DNA from: Octopus vulgaris
Taxonomy: Eukaryota
DNA length: 64,000 nt
Reading direction: 5' to 3'
Assembly: GCA_951406725.2 (NCBI GenBank)
Contig: OX597814.1
Coordinates: 8,370,001 to 8,434,000, forward strand
The notes below the pieces were generated by a model. It saw nothing but the letters and a program-made list of their open reading frames with translations, ran no database searches and had not been told where the DNA came from. The translations under genes and the position numbers were made by a program. Positions 52,380 through 64,000 of this stretch are shown here, piece by piece (the stretch's first letter is position 1; each line of letters opens with the position of its first letter).

Positions 52380-53240
52380 CAAAATATTAAATTTGAAGTA
52401 TGAACAAGAGCAACCAGCATCCACACATTGATGGAATGACATCATCAGTTTTTAATCTCTAATTTTATAACAGGCAAAAAGAAAGAGACAGAAAAAAAGA
52501 GGTAAGGAAAAAAGGAAAGGAAAAAGAAGAATATTTAATCAAACAGTTTTGTATAAATTTGATGATATTCTCCTGTCATCTTATTCATTCCTTCAGGGCA
52601 TGATGTTAATAACCAGCAAACATATTTCTCCTCATGCAGGAATTTTAACCGTGTTTCATGGTCTGCTACCACAACAGCTCCTATACAGACATCATCAGGA
52701 AGAACCACATCCAGTTTCGGCCCCTACTCCTCTACTATTTTGATGTGGCAGGGCACCCCCTTTCGGAGGCGTCTTCAGCTCTGGTGTTGGGTGTATGTCT
52801 CCTTTCTTCTGTTCCCTGGCCTCTTCGATGTAGCGTCAACAAGTATCAGCAGGTGACTGCCTGTCTTGCCAAATTTCCCTTTAAATACCTGCTGCTAGGC
52901 TCCAGTAGGCAGCCCCAGCAAGTTGGTAACTTCTATGCATTACTTTTGAAAGGCCAGCAAAATTTCGGTGCCGGTTAATCACTAAAGGAATTCAATTGTA
53001 ATGTGTTTGTTAAAATTAGGCATAAAGGTTTGACTATCTTTGCTAAGCTTAGCTATTTCATTTACCATTTCCTTTAATCGTGATTCTCTATAGCTGCAGT
53101 CGACATAATGATGTACAAAAGCATTTGCATGTTTCCAGTAATCCCCTATGTCAGTACAAATGCTTAAAGACTAATGATGTCATTCCATCAATGTGTGGAT
53201 GCTGGTTGTTCTCGTTCATACTTTAAACTTAAATTTCTAT
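52380..53240. mobile_element. PLE terminal region bounded by ~70-bp inverted repeats, with tandem degenerate hammerhead-like cores
   Basis: 52385-52455 is inverted at 53165-53235. Minus strand HEEKYVCWLLTSCPEGMN matches the PLE end at 57230-57262. CTGAAGA...GAAAC and CTGATGA...GAAAC occur at 52645-52785. Confidence 0.5.
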
Positions 53241-53299
53241 AATTCTGAATTTTTATCACTTCTTATTTTGAACTTGACAAAGACAGCATTACTGTATTG

Positions 53300-54335
53300 A
53301 AAGTGTTTTACGTAGGATGTGTGCAGTGCCTAGTTGTGCTATTTCCTCTACGTTATATATACTTGTAAGTCCTGGTGTTTTTGTTATATACTTGTCTGAA
53401 TTTTTTTTTTATCATACCTAATGCACCTACTTTGATGGGAATTGTTTCTGTTTTTAGACTCTGTATTCCAGAGCTTTGTATTTTGAAAGTTTCTCCCTTT
53501 CTGTTAGAGAAACATTGTCATCTGTTGGTATTGATACAGCAATTAGAAAGCATTTTTTTTCTTCATGATCTATGACAAATATATCCAGCATATAGGCTTT
53601 AATTTCTTTATTTGTGTGTATCGGCATATCCCAGAGTATGGTTGCTTTCTTGTTTTCTGTGACCTTTTCTGGTGTGTGCCTATACCATCTTTTTTCTGTT
53701 GGTATTCCATAGTGTTGGCAGAGCTTCCAGTATATGTAGGTCCCAACTCTGTCGTGTCTGTGAATATATTCCTTCTCAGTCAGGACTGGGCAGCCAGAGA
53801 TAATATGATTTATTGTTTCTTGTCCATCTCCACATATTCTGCAGTTACTTGTTATATTTCTTTTCATTATATGTTTTTGGTAATTTCTGGCAAGGAGGCT
53901 TTGGTCTTGTGCTGCAATTAAAAATCCCTCTGTCTCTGCTTTGAGTTCTGAGCTTCTCAACCATTGCTGGGATTTTTCTCTGTCTATTTCTTTTGCATTT
54001 AATTTAGCCCAGTATTTACCATGAAGGGGCTTTTTTTGCCATCGTTTTATCATGGTTCGTTGCTGTTCTAGTTTTAGTTTGGATTTCAGTTGTTTCTTCT
54101 TCTTCTTTATAGTTGTCAGGTACTTTGACTTCTTGTTTGTATTTGTCAGCTTTCTTTAAGACTGAAAACAGTTTTTAGTTTTGTTCATGCTTTGTGGCTA
54201 TTTGTGTTAGTTTTCCTTGCTTCTGATGTAGATATTTCTATAGTCCTATGGTGGTTATTTTGTATTAGTTTTCTAGCTGTATAAGGCCTTTACCACCTTC
54301 GATACATTGTATATATAGCCTATCTATGTCAGATT
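53300..54335 (-). mobile_element. R4/Dong-clade LINE 3' fragment (CCHC knuckle plus restriction-like endonuclease)
   Basis: KPLHGKY, ETEGFLIAAQDQ, CRICGDGQETINHIISGC, HRHDRV, TILWDMPI and EKLSKYK. Abuts (TAA)n at 54336. Confidence 0.88.
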
Positions 54336-54417
54336 TTATTATTATTATTATTATTATTATTATATTATATTATCACCATCATTATTATTATATTATTTTG
54401 AAAAGATTGATATAACT

Positions 54418-57262
54418 TCACAGACAGTCACAGATATGCAAGAAGTCAATTAAACTACCCTGTGATCCTTCCCAAACAAATAAGACTTCATCAGTGAACC
54501 GTGACCAGAGTATTGGTTGATGACCATGTAGGAATTTGAATGTCTTCAGTGACTGTGTCTCGAATTTCCGCATGAAGAGATTAGCAAAATTAGCTGCCAT
54601 AGGGGTACCCATGGCATAAACCTTTATTGGGTGGTAAAATGTTTGTCCAAACTTCATTGTGTTACTTTGTAACACAAGCTTTAACAGCCTACAGAGAAAA
54701 TTTGAGGAAATACTTTTGTTTAGCTATTTTTCAAAGGCATCCATGCATAATTCTACCTCTGTATGGTGGTTAATATTGGGATATAAGAAAGAAACATTCA
54801 TGATTACCAAAAAACAGCTTTCAACATTGCTTCAGTACCTAAAAAGGTTGTTTATTTCAGATGTAAAATCAAGTATCCTGAATATAGGAACTTGATCTTT
54901 TTGCAACAGGGAGTAGAAAGCCATCTAGCCACTTCGACATTTTGGTTGTGCAATAGACATGTGTGCAGCAAATTGGGTGCATTGGAGGAAATTTTTTGAC
55001 CTTTTTGTGTATTTTAGGGAGACCATAAAATACAGGTGTTCCACTTTCTGACTGTAAAATCCTGGATTTAGCCTTATTAATGAAATTATTTTCTTCCATT
55101 TACAGAATTATTTTGTCTGGAAAAGATCACAGAATAGTTTAACCCTTTCGTTACCAAACCGCCCAAAGCCGCCCGAAAAGAATTTTGGTTTATGAGACCA
55201 AACCGCCCAAAGCCGCCCGAATTTACCTATTCATATTTAAATGAGAATATCAGAGCAAATCTCTTCAGTACGTTCGTGAAAACACGTATTATACTTCGTA
55301 AACAGTTCAACTACAGTTTTGTACAATAATCGAAGTGTAATTTTAATTCCGTGAATTTTGGGAGATTTTTTTCCAAAATTTGTTCCTATTGTGTTTTCAA
55401 AATTTGTAATTCTGACAAAAAATGGATACGAATTTCATTATATCAAGCAGCGAGTCAGAATTCGAAGGATTTTCTACTGAAGACCTTCATAAATCTAACT
55501 CTATGACTGAAAAAAAAAAGCATGTGGTATTTGATAATGAATCTGATGTTTCATTTTCCGAAAGTGAAAACAGTGAATCTGAGATCTCCGATAGTGATAA
55601 AGAAAACGAATTGGCACCTGAATGGAGTGAAAATTTAAAAACTGTTTCTTTCTGTGATTTTTCTGAAGAAACTGGACCAAGCCACAGACTTTCCCAGAAG
55701 AGTAAAGCCTTAAACTATTTCTTTTTACTTTTTCGAATGAGCCTATTTGAAATCATTACGGCAGAAACGAACCGTTAAGCTAAACGTAAACAAAGCGAAA
55801 GAAAGGATAGTTTGTGGTTTCCCACAACCTTAAATGAAATTAAGACTATTTTGCCATAAATATTATTATGGGTATCAGAAAGTTATCCAGAATAACAAAT
55901 TCTATCGTAAAATTTTGTTGTATACCCAATTGAATATTAGCTAATAACCCATTTTCTATAGCGATGTTTGAACAAAATTTTAATAATTTTATATTTTGTG
56001 GAATTTACCTGTATCTACCTGCAATTAGAGTCAGTTTGTGACAAAAATTATAGTATAGAATTGGTTGAGAATATTTCATTAAATTATCTTCCAAAAATCA
56101 GATTAATATATCGATAAATAAAAAAGTTATAGTTGTTTAATGAAACCAGACTAAATTTATGATTACGTTAGAAATTAATTGAAACACATAAGGGGTGTAA
56201 TTTGGTCAGAAATATAGTAACGAAAGGGTTAATTAAATTCTTGCATTTCTGTGACTGTTATGCCAAAATCTATGGCTTTAGGTCCAACATAAAAATTTAT
56301 GTCTAGTTTTTCAAAAACTAGCATTGATTATTTAGACACAAAAGTTAAGTTTTCTGGAGGTAGAATAGTGACAGAGTTACTTGGGAAGCCCATATCATCC
56401 TACATTTACCTCCACCACCTTCACATTATATTATTCAGTCAAATCCTAAATCCCAATTTTTGAGGATAAAACAGATTTGTACTGACAGAGAAGATTACAA
56501 GAAACATGCAAATGCTTTTGTGCACCATAATGTCAAACGCAGTTACAGTGAATCATGATTAAAGGAAATAGAAAATGACATAGCTAAGATTAGCCAAGAC
56601 AGTTAAACCAAATTCACACATAACTTTAGCAAACACAATACAATTGATGACAGAATTCCTTTAATGATTAACTGGAACTGAAATTTCACTGGCATTTCAA
56701 AAGTGTTGAATGAAAGTTACCAGCTTGTTGCAGTAAAATATCCTTGTTTCAAAACAAATATTTCCTCAGTCGCCCATTGTAGCTGTTAGACAGAATAAAA
56801 GTACAAGAGAATTATTAACCTCTACTTCTGACTCCAAGGAAACTAACATTGGAGTTTTCTGCATGCTGTCACTTGAAAAACAGCCACAGGAGAGGTAAGC
56901 CCTGTTCAATGTACAACAACATGAATCAAGTGAATTCCATCAGGTATCATATCAGAAATGTTATGATTTATACAGAAGGTGGGACATGTAGAGATTCCCA
57001 TTTGGTGTATGCAGCAGGATGCATGAAACACAACTTGGTTTATGTTCATTGCACAAAAGAACAATTAAACAAAAGACTTAATGGGCACAGATATGACATC
57101 AGGCACAATAACAGTAGTTGGACAGAAATTGCCGAACATTTTGCATCAAATGGCTGCAATTTTGAAACAGACTTGAGAAAGTGCATATTCTCAGAAAATA
57201 TTCTAAATCTGCTACACTTTCAATACTCAAAATGCATGAGGAGAAATATGTTTGTGGGTTAC
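54418..57262. mobile_element. Penelope-like element with inverted 5' RT part, interrupted by piggyBac
   Basis: Minus 54418-55100: FYGLPKIHK, YAMGTPMAANFANLFM, WSRFTDEV. Plus 55105-57262: YLDTKV and the GIY-YIG-like LVYAAGCMKHNLVYV...LNKRLNGHRYDI. Confidence 0.75.
55143..56228 (+). mobile_element. Internally deleted piggyBac transposon
   Basis: TTAA duplications at 55139-55142 and 56229-56232. TIR ccctttcgttac. Subterminal direct repeat accaaaccgcccaaagccgcccgaa occurs twice. Acidic transposase N-terminus ending YFFLLF...IITAETNR. Confidence 0.92.
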
Positions 57263-57829
57263 AGGCATGTAGCCACGGGTGGGATGGGGTGGAGGCTATG
57301 GGATGTTTTGCGCCCAAAACTAGAATTTCAGCCCCTTCAGTTTGAGAATTTGTTTTATTTAATCTTGGAGGAATGCATTATCTCAGCCTGGAAGTGTTTG
57401 TAGACAGTTGAAAATAATACTTTTAACAAAAAAATTTCCTCACATACCTTTTGTGGACAATTTTATCAAATTTTAGACACTTTAGTGACAACAGGTTGCT
57501 TTCAACACCTTCAAAATATCTGAGGTCGCTAAAGCGGCAATAAATTTAATTTCCTTTGATTTTAGTGGTAGGTGAAAACATGTGGGTGATTACAAACGCA
57601 TATGTTGCGTGTGCACATGTGTGCACATGTGTGCATGCACATGTACTGTAGAAGGGTCAGTGAAGTGGTTGTTGTCACTGTAATCGTTATTGTTGTAGTG
57701 ATTCTTGTTGTCACTTCTCAGTATTTTGTCCAGCTGTCTTGCAATTCACCTGTGCAGAGCTGTCAAGTTTTTAAGCCCAAAGCCCTGAACCCCCTCTGGG
57801 CCAGGCACTTTTCAGTCAGCAATTTTCCT

Positions 57830-58910
57830 GTACTGATCTCTAATCATCTCCTCAGATATTCTAAAATCCTCCTGCTTATACTCTCCACTCTCCTCTTTGA
57901 GTCTCTTTAGTTTCATGTTGTTTCTCCTGAGACCATATGTTTAACCAGAATCTTCTGATTTCCTCAGCATCCGGCATGGCTTTTTCACCTTTTTCTTTTT
58001 CCCATCCAGTTCCTAATAGGGTCGTTTCTGATTTTGTTCAAAGAAAAGTCTGTTCAATCTGTATTGCTCAATTCTCTGTTCATATCTTTTAAATTTATGT
58101 GCTTTAGCTTTCGACCCCTGTTTTAATTCCTCAATCACAACATAGATTCCTTTTCTCTTCACCCTATACTTCCTCTCTAGCTCAACATATTTCTCTCATT
58201 GAACTTCATTTCTCTTTTTGCAGTAGTCTGTCCAAAACAGGCAGAACTAGGGAAGAGAAGGAAATCAGCAAAAAAAAGGGGCAACTGCTTAACAACAATG
58301 TATAAAATGCTAACGTCTGTCCTGACTGAATATACCTATAGTCTTTTAGTAGAAAGTGGCATATTCCCTAATGAGCAAAAAGGATGTAAACATGGGTCTT
58401 ATGGTTGTAAAGATCAGATCAGATGCTCGTCAATAAGATGATCTTAGAAGATTATCACGAACGACACAAAAACTTGTCAATAGCCTGGATAGACTATATA
58501 AAAAGGTTTTTATAGCCTACCACATAGCTGGATTAAGAAATGTCTGGAAATGTATAAAATAGCACCTACTCTGCAAAACTTTTTGTCTGCAAGTATGAGA
58601 TCATGGAGAACCACACTAACTTTGAACAGTAACGATAAATCTCTTAATGTTGGAGATGTCAGAATTTCATGTGTCATTTTCCAAGGTGACTCTCTATCAC
58701 CACTCCTCTTTTGTCTGGCCTTACTCTCTTGAAATTGCTCAATGATGTACAGTACAGTTATAAAATGTTTGATAAAAATATAAATCATCTCTTTTACATG
58801 GATGATTTAAAGCTCTTTTCAAAAAATGACTACAGGGCTTACAAGCGATTGTTAAACAATTCCAGTGATGACATCAGAATACAATTTGGCCTCCATAGAT
58901 GTGCAAAAGC
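57830..58910. mobile_element. R4/Dong-clade RT fragments (minus 57830-58250, plus 58270-58910)
   Basis: Plus strand CLTTMYK, EQKGC, IFQGDSLSPLLFCLA and NHLFYMDDLKL. Confidence 0.75.
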
Positions 58911-61900
58911 TAAGAAACTTTAGGGAAGAAAATTTTAGCTGCACTTTCTAGCAATATAAAAATATTTTGAGCTGTTAAAAGCTCAATAACATAACAAAAG
59001 AAAAAGAAAAATTTTTCTTTTGAGAAAATATTCATACATAATGGAGCAGAATTTAAGAGAATTTGAGACGTCATATTTCGATAGAAATTACACACAAGCT
59101 TCTGTGAATGTATTAAATTGTCCTCCGTGGACTGGAGACACCGCAATTTGGTTAATACAGCTGGAGGCAAGCTTTAAAGCTAATAAAATTGCAAATGAAG
59201 AGCAAAAATACAATATAATGCTTAGCAATTTACCTCCACCTCTAAGTAATGAAATTAGAGATTTGCTACTAAACCCAATAGAACCAGTTTCTTATTCTTC
59301 AATTAAAGAGGAAATATTGAAACGAACATCAAATTCTAAACAAAAAGAGTTTGCGAAGTTATTCAGCAATGAAGAGTTGGGTAATAAAAAACCCACACAA
59401 CTTCTACAAAGAATGAATGAGCTTCTGGGAGATCAGTAGATAGAAGAATCTTATCTCAAAGAAGTGTTTTTCAATAAATTGCCATATAAAACTCAAACTT
59501 TGCTTTCCGCCGTGAAAAACCAAAACTCCATTAAACAGTTGGCAGATTTAGCAGACGGTATTCTGGAATTATCGTCCAAAGAAACTGTAAATGCAATTCC
59601 TTCTATTTCGAATGAAATACAGGAATTAAAGAGTTATGAAAAACAATTTGAATTATTGACAAAAAAAATAGAGAGTTTGCAACTCGAAAGAAACAGTCGC
59701 CCGGCTCAACAACAAAATGCAAGATGGCGCAGGAGATCGAGGAGCCCTAGTTTAAAAAGAAACGCCATATGTTGGTACCATGCTAAATATGGAGACAAAT
59801 CATTCAAATGTATTAAACCTTGTGCATTTGATTTCCTTAATAAAAAAAAGGAAAATTCGGGATACTTCTAAACCATAGATTGGATGCGACGAAGTCTATG
59901 GATAACATTGTAAAAAGTCGCGTGTTTTTCGTATACGACTTAACAGCAAAAGAAAGATTTCTCGTGGATACAGGAGCAGCATGTTCGATATGGCCTGTAA
60001 GGCTCTTAAAACAGAAAACCAAACCCGTGTATATGACTCTTCAAGCGGTGAATCAGTCTGAAATTCAAACGTTTGGAGAGATCAGCTTAACGCTTGACAT
60101 AAATTTACGAAGAGAATACAAATGGGTATTCATAGTAGCAGATTTACCATATCCAATATTAGGAGCGGATTTTTTGGCGCACTATCATTTAATGGTAGAT
60201 GTGAGCAAATAAAAATTAATAGATACACAAACTTCCCTAAAAATTCAGGGAATGAGATGCAGAAGAGCAACAATCAGTCCACTATATTTCGTAGCGTCCG
60301 CAGAAAATAAGTACCACAAGATTTTGGAAAACTATCCAAAAATCACGAAGCAGTTAACTCTGAATACCACGTGTACACATTCGGTAACACATCACATCAT
60401 CACACAAGGACCACCGAGTTTTTCTAAGCCGAGGAGATTATCGCCGGAGAAATTGAAGGTAGCTAAGGCGGAATTTCGGCATATGATGGCACTGGGTATA
60501 ATCTGACCTTCCAGTAGTAGCTGGTCAACACCATTAGTTATGGTTAAGAAAAACCTTATCGACTGGCGACCTTGTGGAGATTTCAGACAACTGAATGCGA
60601 AAACAAAGCTGGACAAATATCCAATACCCCACATAATGGATTTTGCAACTTCCTTGAGTGGGTGTACCATCTTTTCAAAAATTGATTTGGTCAGGGCATA
60701 CAATCAAATTCCTGTGGCTGAGAATGATATACCGAAGACAGCGATTACCACTCCATTTGGTTTGTTTGAATTTTTTCGCATGCCTTTCGGATTGAGGAAC
60801 GCAGCAAATACTTTTCAAAGATTCATGGATGAAGTAACACAAGATTTACCTTTCGTGTTTGCTTATATAGACGATATTCTCATCGCTAGTCCATCGGAAG
60901 AAACACATGAAGAGCATTTTAAAAAAATCTTCGAACGATTAACAAAATTTGGAATCGTGATAAACCCATCGAAATGTGTTTTTGGTGAAACAACCATATC
61001 TTTTTTGGGTCATCTTATAGATAAAGATGGAATTCGCCAATTACCAGAGAAAGTGGAAGCAATAAAAAACTTCCCAATACCAAAGAATTTAAAGAAGCTC
61101 AGAGGATTTTTAGGGATCGTCAATTTTTACAGAAAGTTCATTCCTAAAGTTACGGAAACCCTACATTCCTTAACTGAGCTATTGAAAAATAGAAAGAAAA
61201 AAAATGAAGCCATAACTTTACAAGAAAAGGAATTACAAGCCTTTAAAGAAATCAAAAAGAAACTGTGTAAAGCAACGCTTTCAAACCACCAGGTTCCTGA
61301 AGCGAAATTATCATTGATGGTCGATGCTTCCGATGTTGGAATCGGTGGGGTTCTACAGCAATTTCATTGTAATTCCTGGCAACCATTGGCATTTTTTTCA
61401 AAAAATTTCAAGGCACCAGAAACTAAATATAGTGTGTTCGGCAGAGAATTGTTGGCAGCTTATTTGTCAATCAAACATTTCAGACATCTTCTTGAAGGTA
61501 GGTCATTTACTTTATTCACTGATCATAAACCGTTAACATATGCGTTGAAAAATTCTTCGGAAAAGTATTCTCCTAGAGAAATTAGACACCTTGATTTTAT
61601 TTCACAGTTTACTGTGGATATACGTTTTATCAAGGGGGAAAAAAATATAGCAGCAGATGCACTTTCTCGAATGAATGTAGACGCATTGAGCTCATTAAGC
61701 ACAATAAATTTGGAAGAGATGTCTAAGGATCAAGTTGCAGATAAAGAATTTTCTTCATATAAAAATTCCGATTCAACTGCTTTAAAATCTAAAATGTTGC
61801 CGATACATTCATGTAATTCACATATTTGGTGTGATATTTCTACAGGGTTTTCAAGACCATTTGTGCCTGAAAAGCATAGAAAAAATGTTTTTTCTAGCTT

Positions 61901-62336
61901 ACATAATTTATCTCATCCAGGTATAGAAGCTTCATTGAAGTTAATATCAAACCGTTTTGTTTGGCCTGGTATGAATAAGGATATTCGTTCATGGGTCAAA
62001 GCATGTATGCAATGTCAGAAATCTAAAGTGCAGCGGCACATCAAAGCACCATTAGGCACATTTGCAAATCTGGATGCGAGATTCCAACATATCCACATCG
62101 ATATAGTGGGACCCTTGCCTCCGTGCGAGGATAATATGTATTTGTTGACGTGTGTGGACCGTTTTTCGAGATGGCCCGAGGCTTATCCGATAAAGGATGT
62201 ATCTGCAGTAACTATAGCAAAAACTTTGTTTACCAATTGGATGTCTAGATTCGGCATTCCAAATACAGTGACAACAGATCGTGGTAGACAATTTGAGTCT
62301 AGCTTGTTCGCAGAATTCAATAAATTGTTGGGAATT
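58911..62336 (+). mobile_element. Ty3/Gypsy LTR retrotransposon internal region (gag-pol), 3'-truncated, no LTRs seen
   Basis: Gag 59041-59871 with one stop and CWYHAKYGDKSFKC. Protease [16 protein letters not shown], RNase H DAS/ELLA/TDH/DALSR. Integrase HNLSH..CMQC, HIDIVGP, TDRG; cut off before the catalytic E. Confidence 0.93.
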
Positions 62337-62810
62337 GTTTCTCTAGTGTACCTCCTTGATCGCACTTTAGCCTTTCAACACCTAGCATAACCCCTACATA
62401 ACCCTTTTGGTTCCTCACTCCATTTAGTAGGAGTGTTTTTCCTTTTTTTTTTCTGTCTTAGACATTACTTGGCCACCTCACTAGTAATGACAGCAGGAAA
62501 ATTGCCCCCAGTCCATTCTGTAAAGTGGTTGGCATTAGGAAGGGCAATAGAAACCTTGCTAAAGCTGACCCTAGAGGTCAATGCTGCTCACCAGATCCTG
62601 TCAAAGTATTCAATGCAAGCAAATATGGAAAATGAATGTTAAATGACGATGATGATGATGGTTTTTAACATTGCTTTATATTAATCTAATGTGTTCACAG
62701 TAATTACATACAAATTGTCCAACCTATGCAAGCATGGACAACAGATATTAAATGATGACAATGATAATGTCTGTAAATGATTTCATGAAATAAAGAATAT
62801 TTCTTCTAAC

Positions 62811-63008
62811 CTTTTTCCGATTCAAATGTGATAATAACTTCCCCAGAATCTTGGATCCGTTCTTGGATTCCTTTAATAGGTCCTCCACTTGATCTCTTCT
62901 TGTTCTCAAAATAAGACTGAATGGCTTCCAAACGGAAATCAGTTGGGACTCCTGACACCAATATCGTTCTGCCCTCATCTTCTCCTTCCATACTCGTGGC
63001 AGATATTC
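62811..63008 (-). CDS. PARP14/PARP9-like gene, first visible coding exon (probable ATG at 62991; N-terminal RRM-like domain)
   Basis: Acceptor tattttgcAG and donor GTtaga. Translation MEGEDEGRTILVSGVP...IQSYFENKKRSSGGPI...VIITFESEK matches the YFEN.KRSGGG RRM-like motif of PARP14/PARP10/DTX3L-type N-termini. Ends phase 1, in frame with the next exon. Confidence 0.8.
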
Positions 63009-63469
63009 CTGCAAAATAAAACCAAGATTTAATGCTAGACAAATACAAGTTACTCACCATCCATGTAACAATACTGTGCTATCCACATCATAAGCATCCA
63101 TTTAACATGCCTGATGTAAACCTGAAATACATGTAGCCTTCAAACAGTCCAGATATGCTAGAAGTAACAGCCAAAGTTTTTCAAAAGTTCACCCAGTTAT
63201 TTTTAAAATAGACCAATACACTTGCCAAAATCGTTTTGTCTTGAGAATATCTTCAAAGAAGTTATGGCATTCCTGATTGAACAATGCTAATTTCACTCAC
63301 AGAAACCAGAGTTCTAACATATGTCCATGAAATCTGAAAGTCACACCTCTCAGCTTTAAAATCTTTAAAAAGATGTTTTTCAATAAAACAGCCACACAAA
63401 TGCCACCAAATAATGCCGTTTAGTATGACAAACTTCACCTAAATACACATTTTCCAAACAATTCTTTCT

Positions 63470-64000
63470 TCTATGCACACTGACATTACACATCCTGCGG
63501 ATCATACTGGCTTCATTTCTTGCAAGCATATGCATGTCTTCAGCAGTCACGGGCCACGTTTCACTGCCATGTCACATGGCTGTTCAAACACAGGCATCAC
63601 TCAGTCTACCTATCACCCTGAGTGAGAGGACCTTTGTTAGCCAGGCTATTCTTATTTTAACCGCTACATTCTCAGAGCATCCACCCCAACCACTGATTTG
63701 TAATGGAAGCTATAACTACTTCTAGTTTTTCATCCTGGCATGTGACAGAATTTCTTTTCTGTACATCTTCAGTGTTTATTGCACCTGTGCATCTTCCACA
63801 CACAAAAACTATCTTCCCTTGATATTGCTGCACCTCTTATATGTCCATAGCTTACACTCGGTACATCTTATGGAGTTTCTACTTACACCTTTTCTACAGA
63901 GTGAGCAGGGTCATCTACCTGAAGGGATTTGTGATATGCCTACCTTCCTACTTACTTTGGTTTTTGCTAGGTTGACTCTAAGGCCTTTCAGTTTAAGACC
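63470..64000 (-). mobile_element. Second fragment of the PHD-containing RTE LINE family
   Basis: Reverse complement matches 48700-49290 (ggtttaagtcaacctagc-like start, CSLCRKGV, catggcagtgaaacgtggc). Confidence 0.8.

Noticed and set aside
52380-52455. CTGATGA on the minus strand as a further hammerhead
   Set aside because: No complementary stem II or correctly placed GAAA could be found.

Overview
AT-rich, microsatellite- and transposon-dense metazoan DNA whose repeat families resemble those of an octopus/coleoid cephalopod (inference). The host gene is on the minus strand: four spliceable coding exons of a PARP14/PARP9-like gene (RRM-like repeats, then the start of a macro domain) at 62811-63008, 49617-49853, 42424-42657 and 12233-13729, continuing past the left edge. 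Almost everything else is intronic and filled with decayed elements: three mariners, a Tc1 nested in a mariner, a deleted piggyBac, Helitron pieces, Tx1/L1, RTE, CR1-like and R4/Dong LINEs, several Penelope-like elements (PLEs), a Gypsy internal region and tRNA-derived SINEs. The most unusual signals are RNA structures: a hammerhead ribozyme core in a non-circularly permuted (pseudoknotted) strand order, in two covarying copies (21582-21643, 7420-7482), and a foldback with ~1.84-kb arms (24493-29215), each carrying a minimal PLE-type hammerhead. All family assignments come from motif recognition by eye; no database searches were run.
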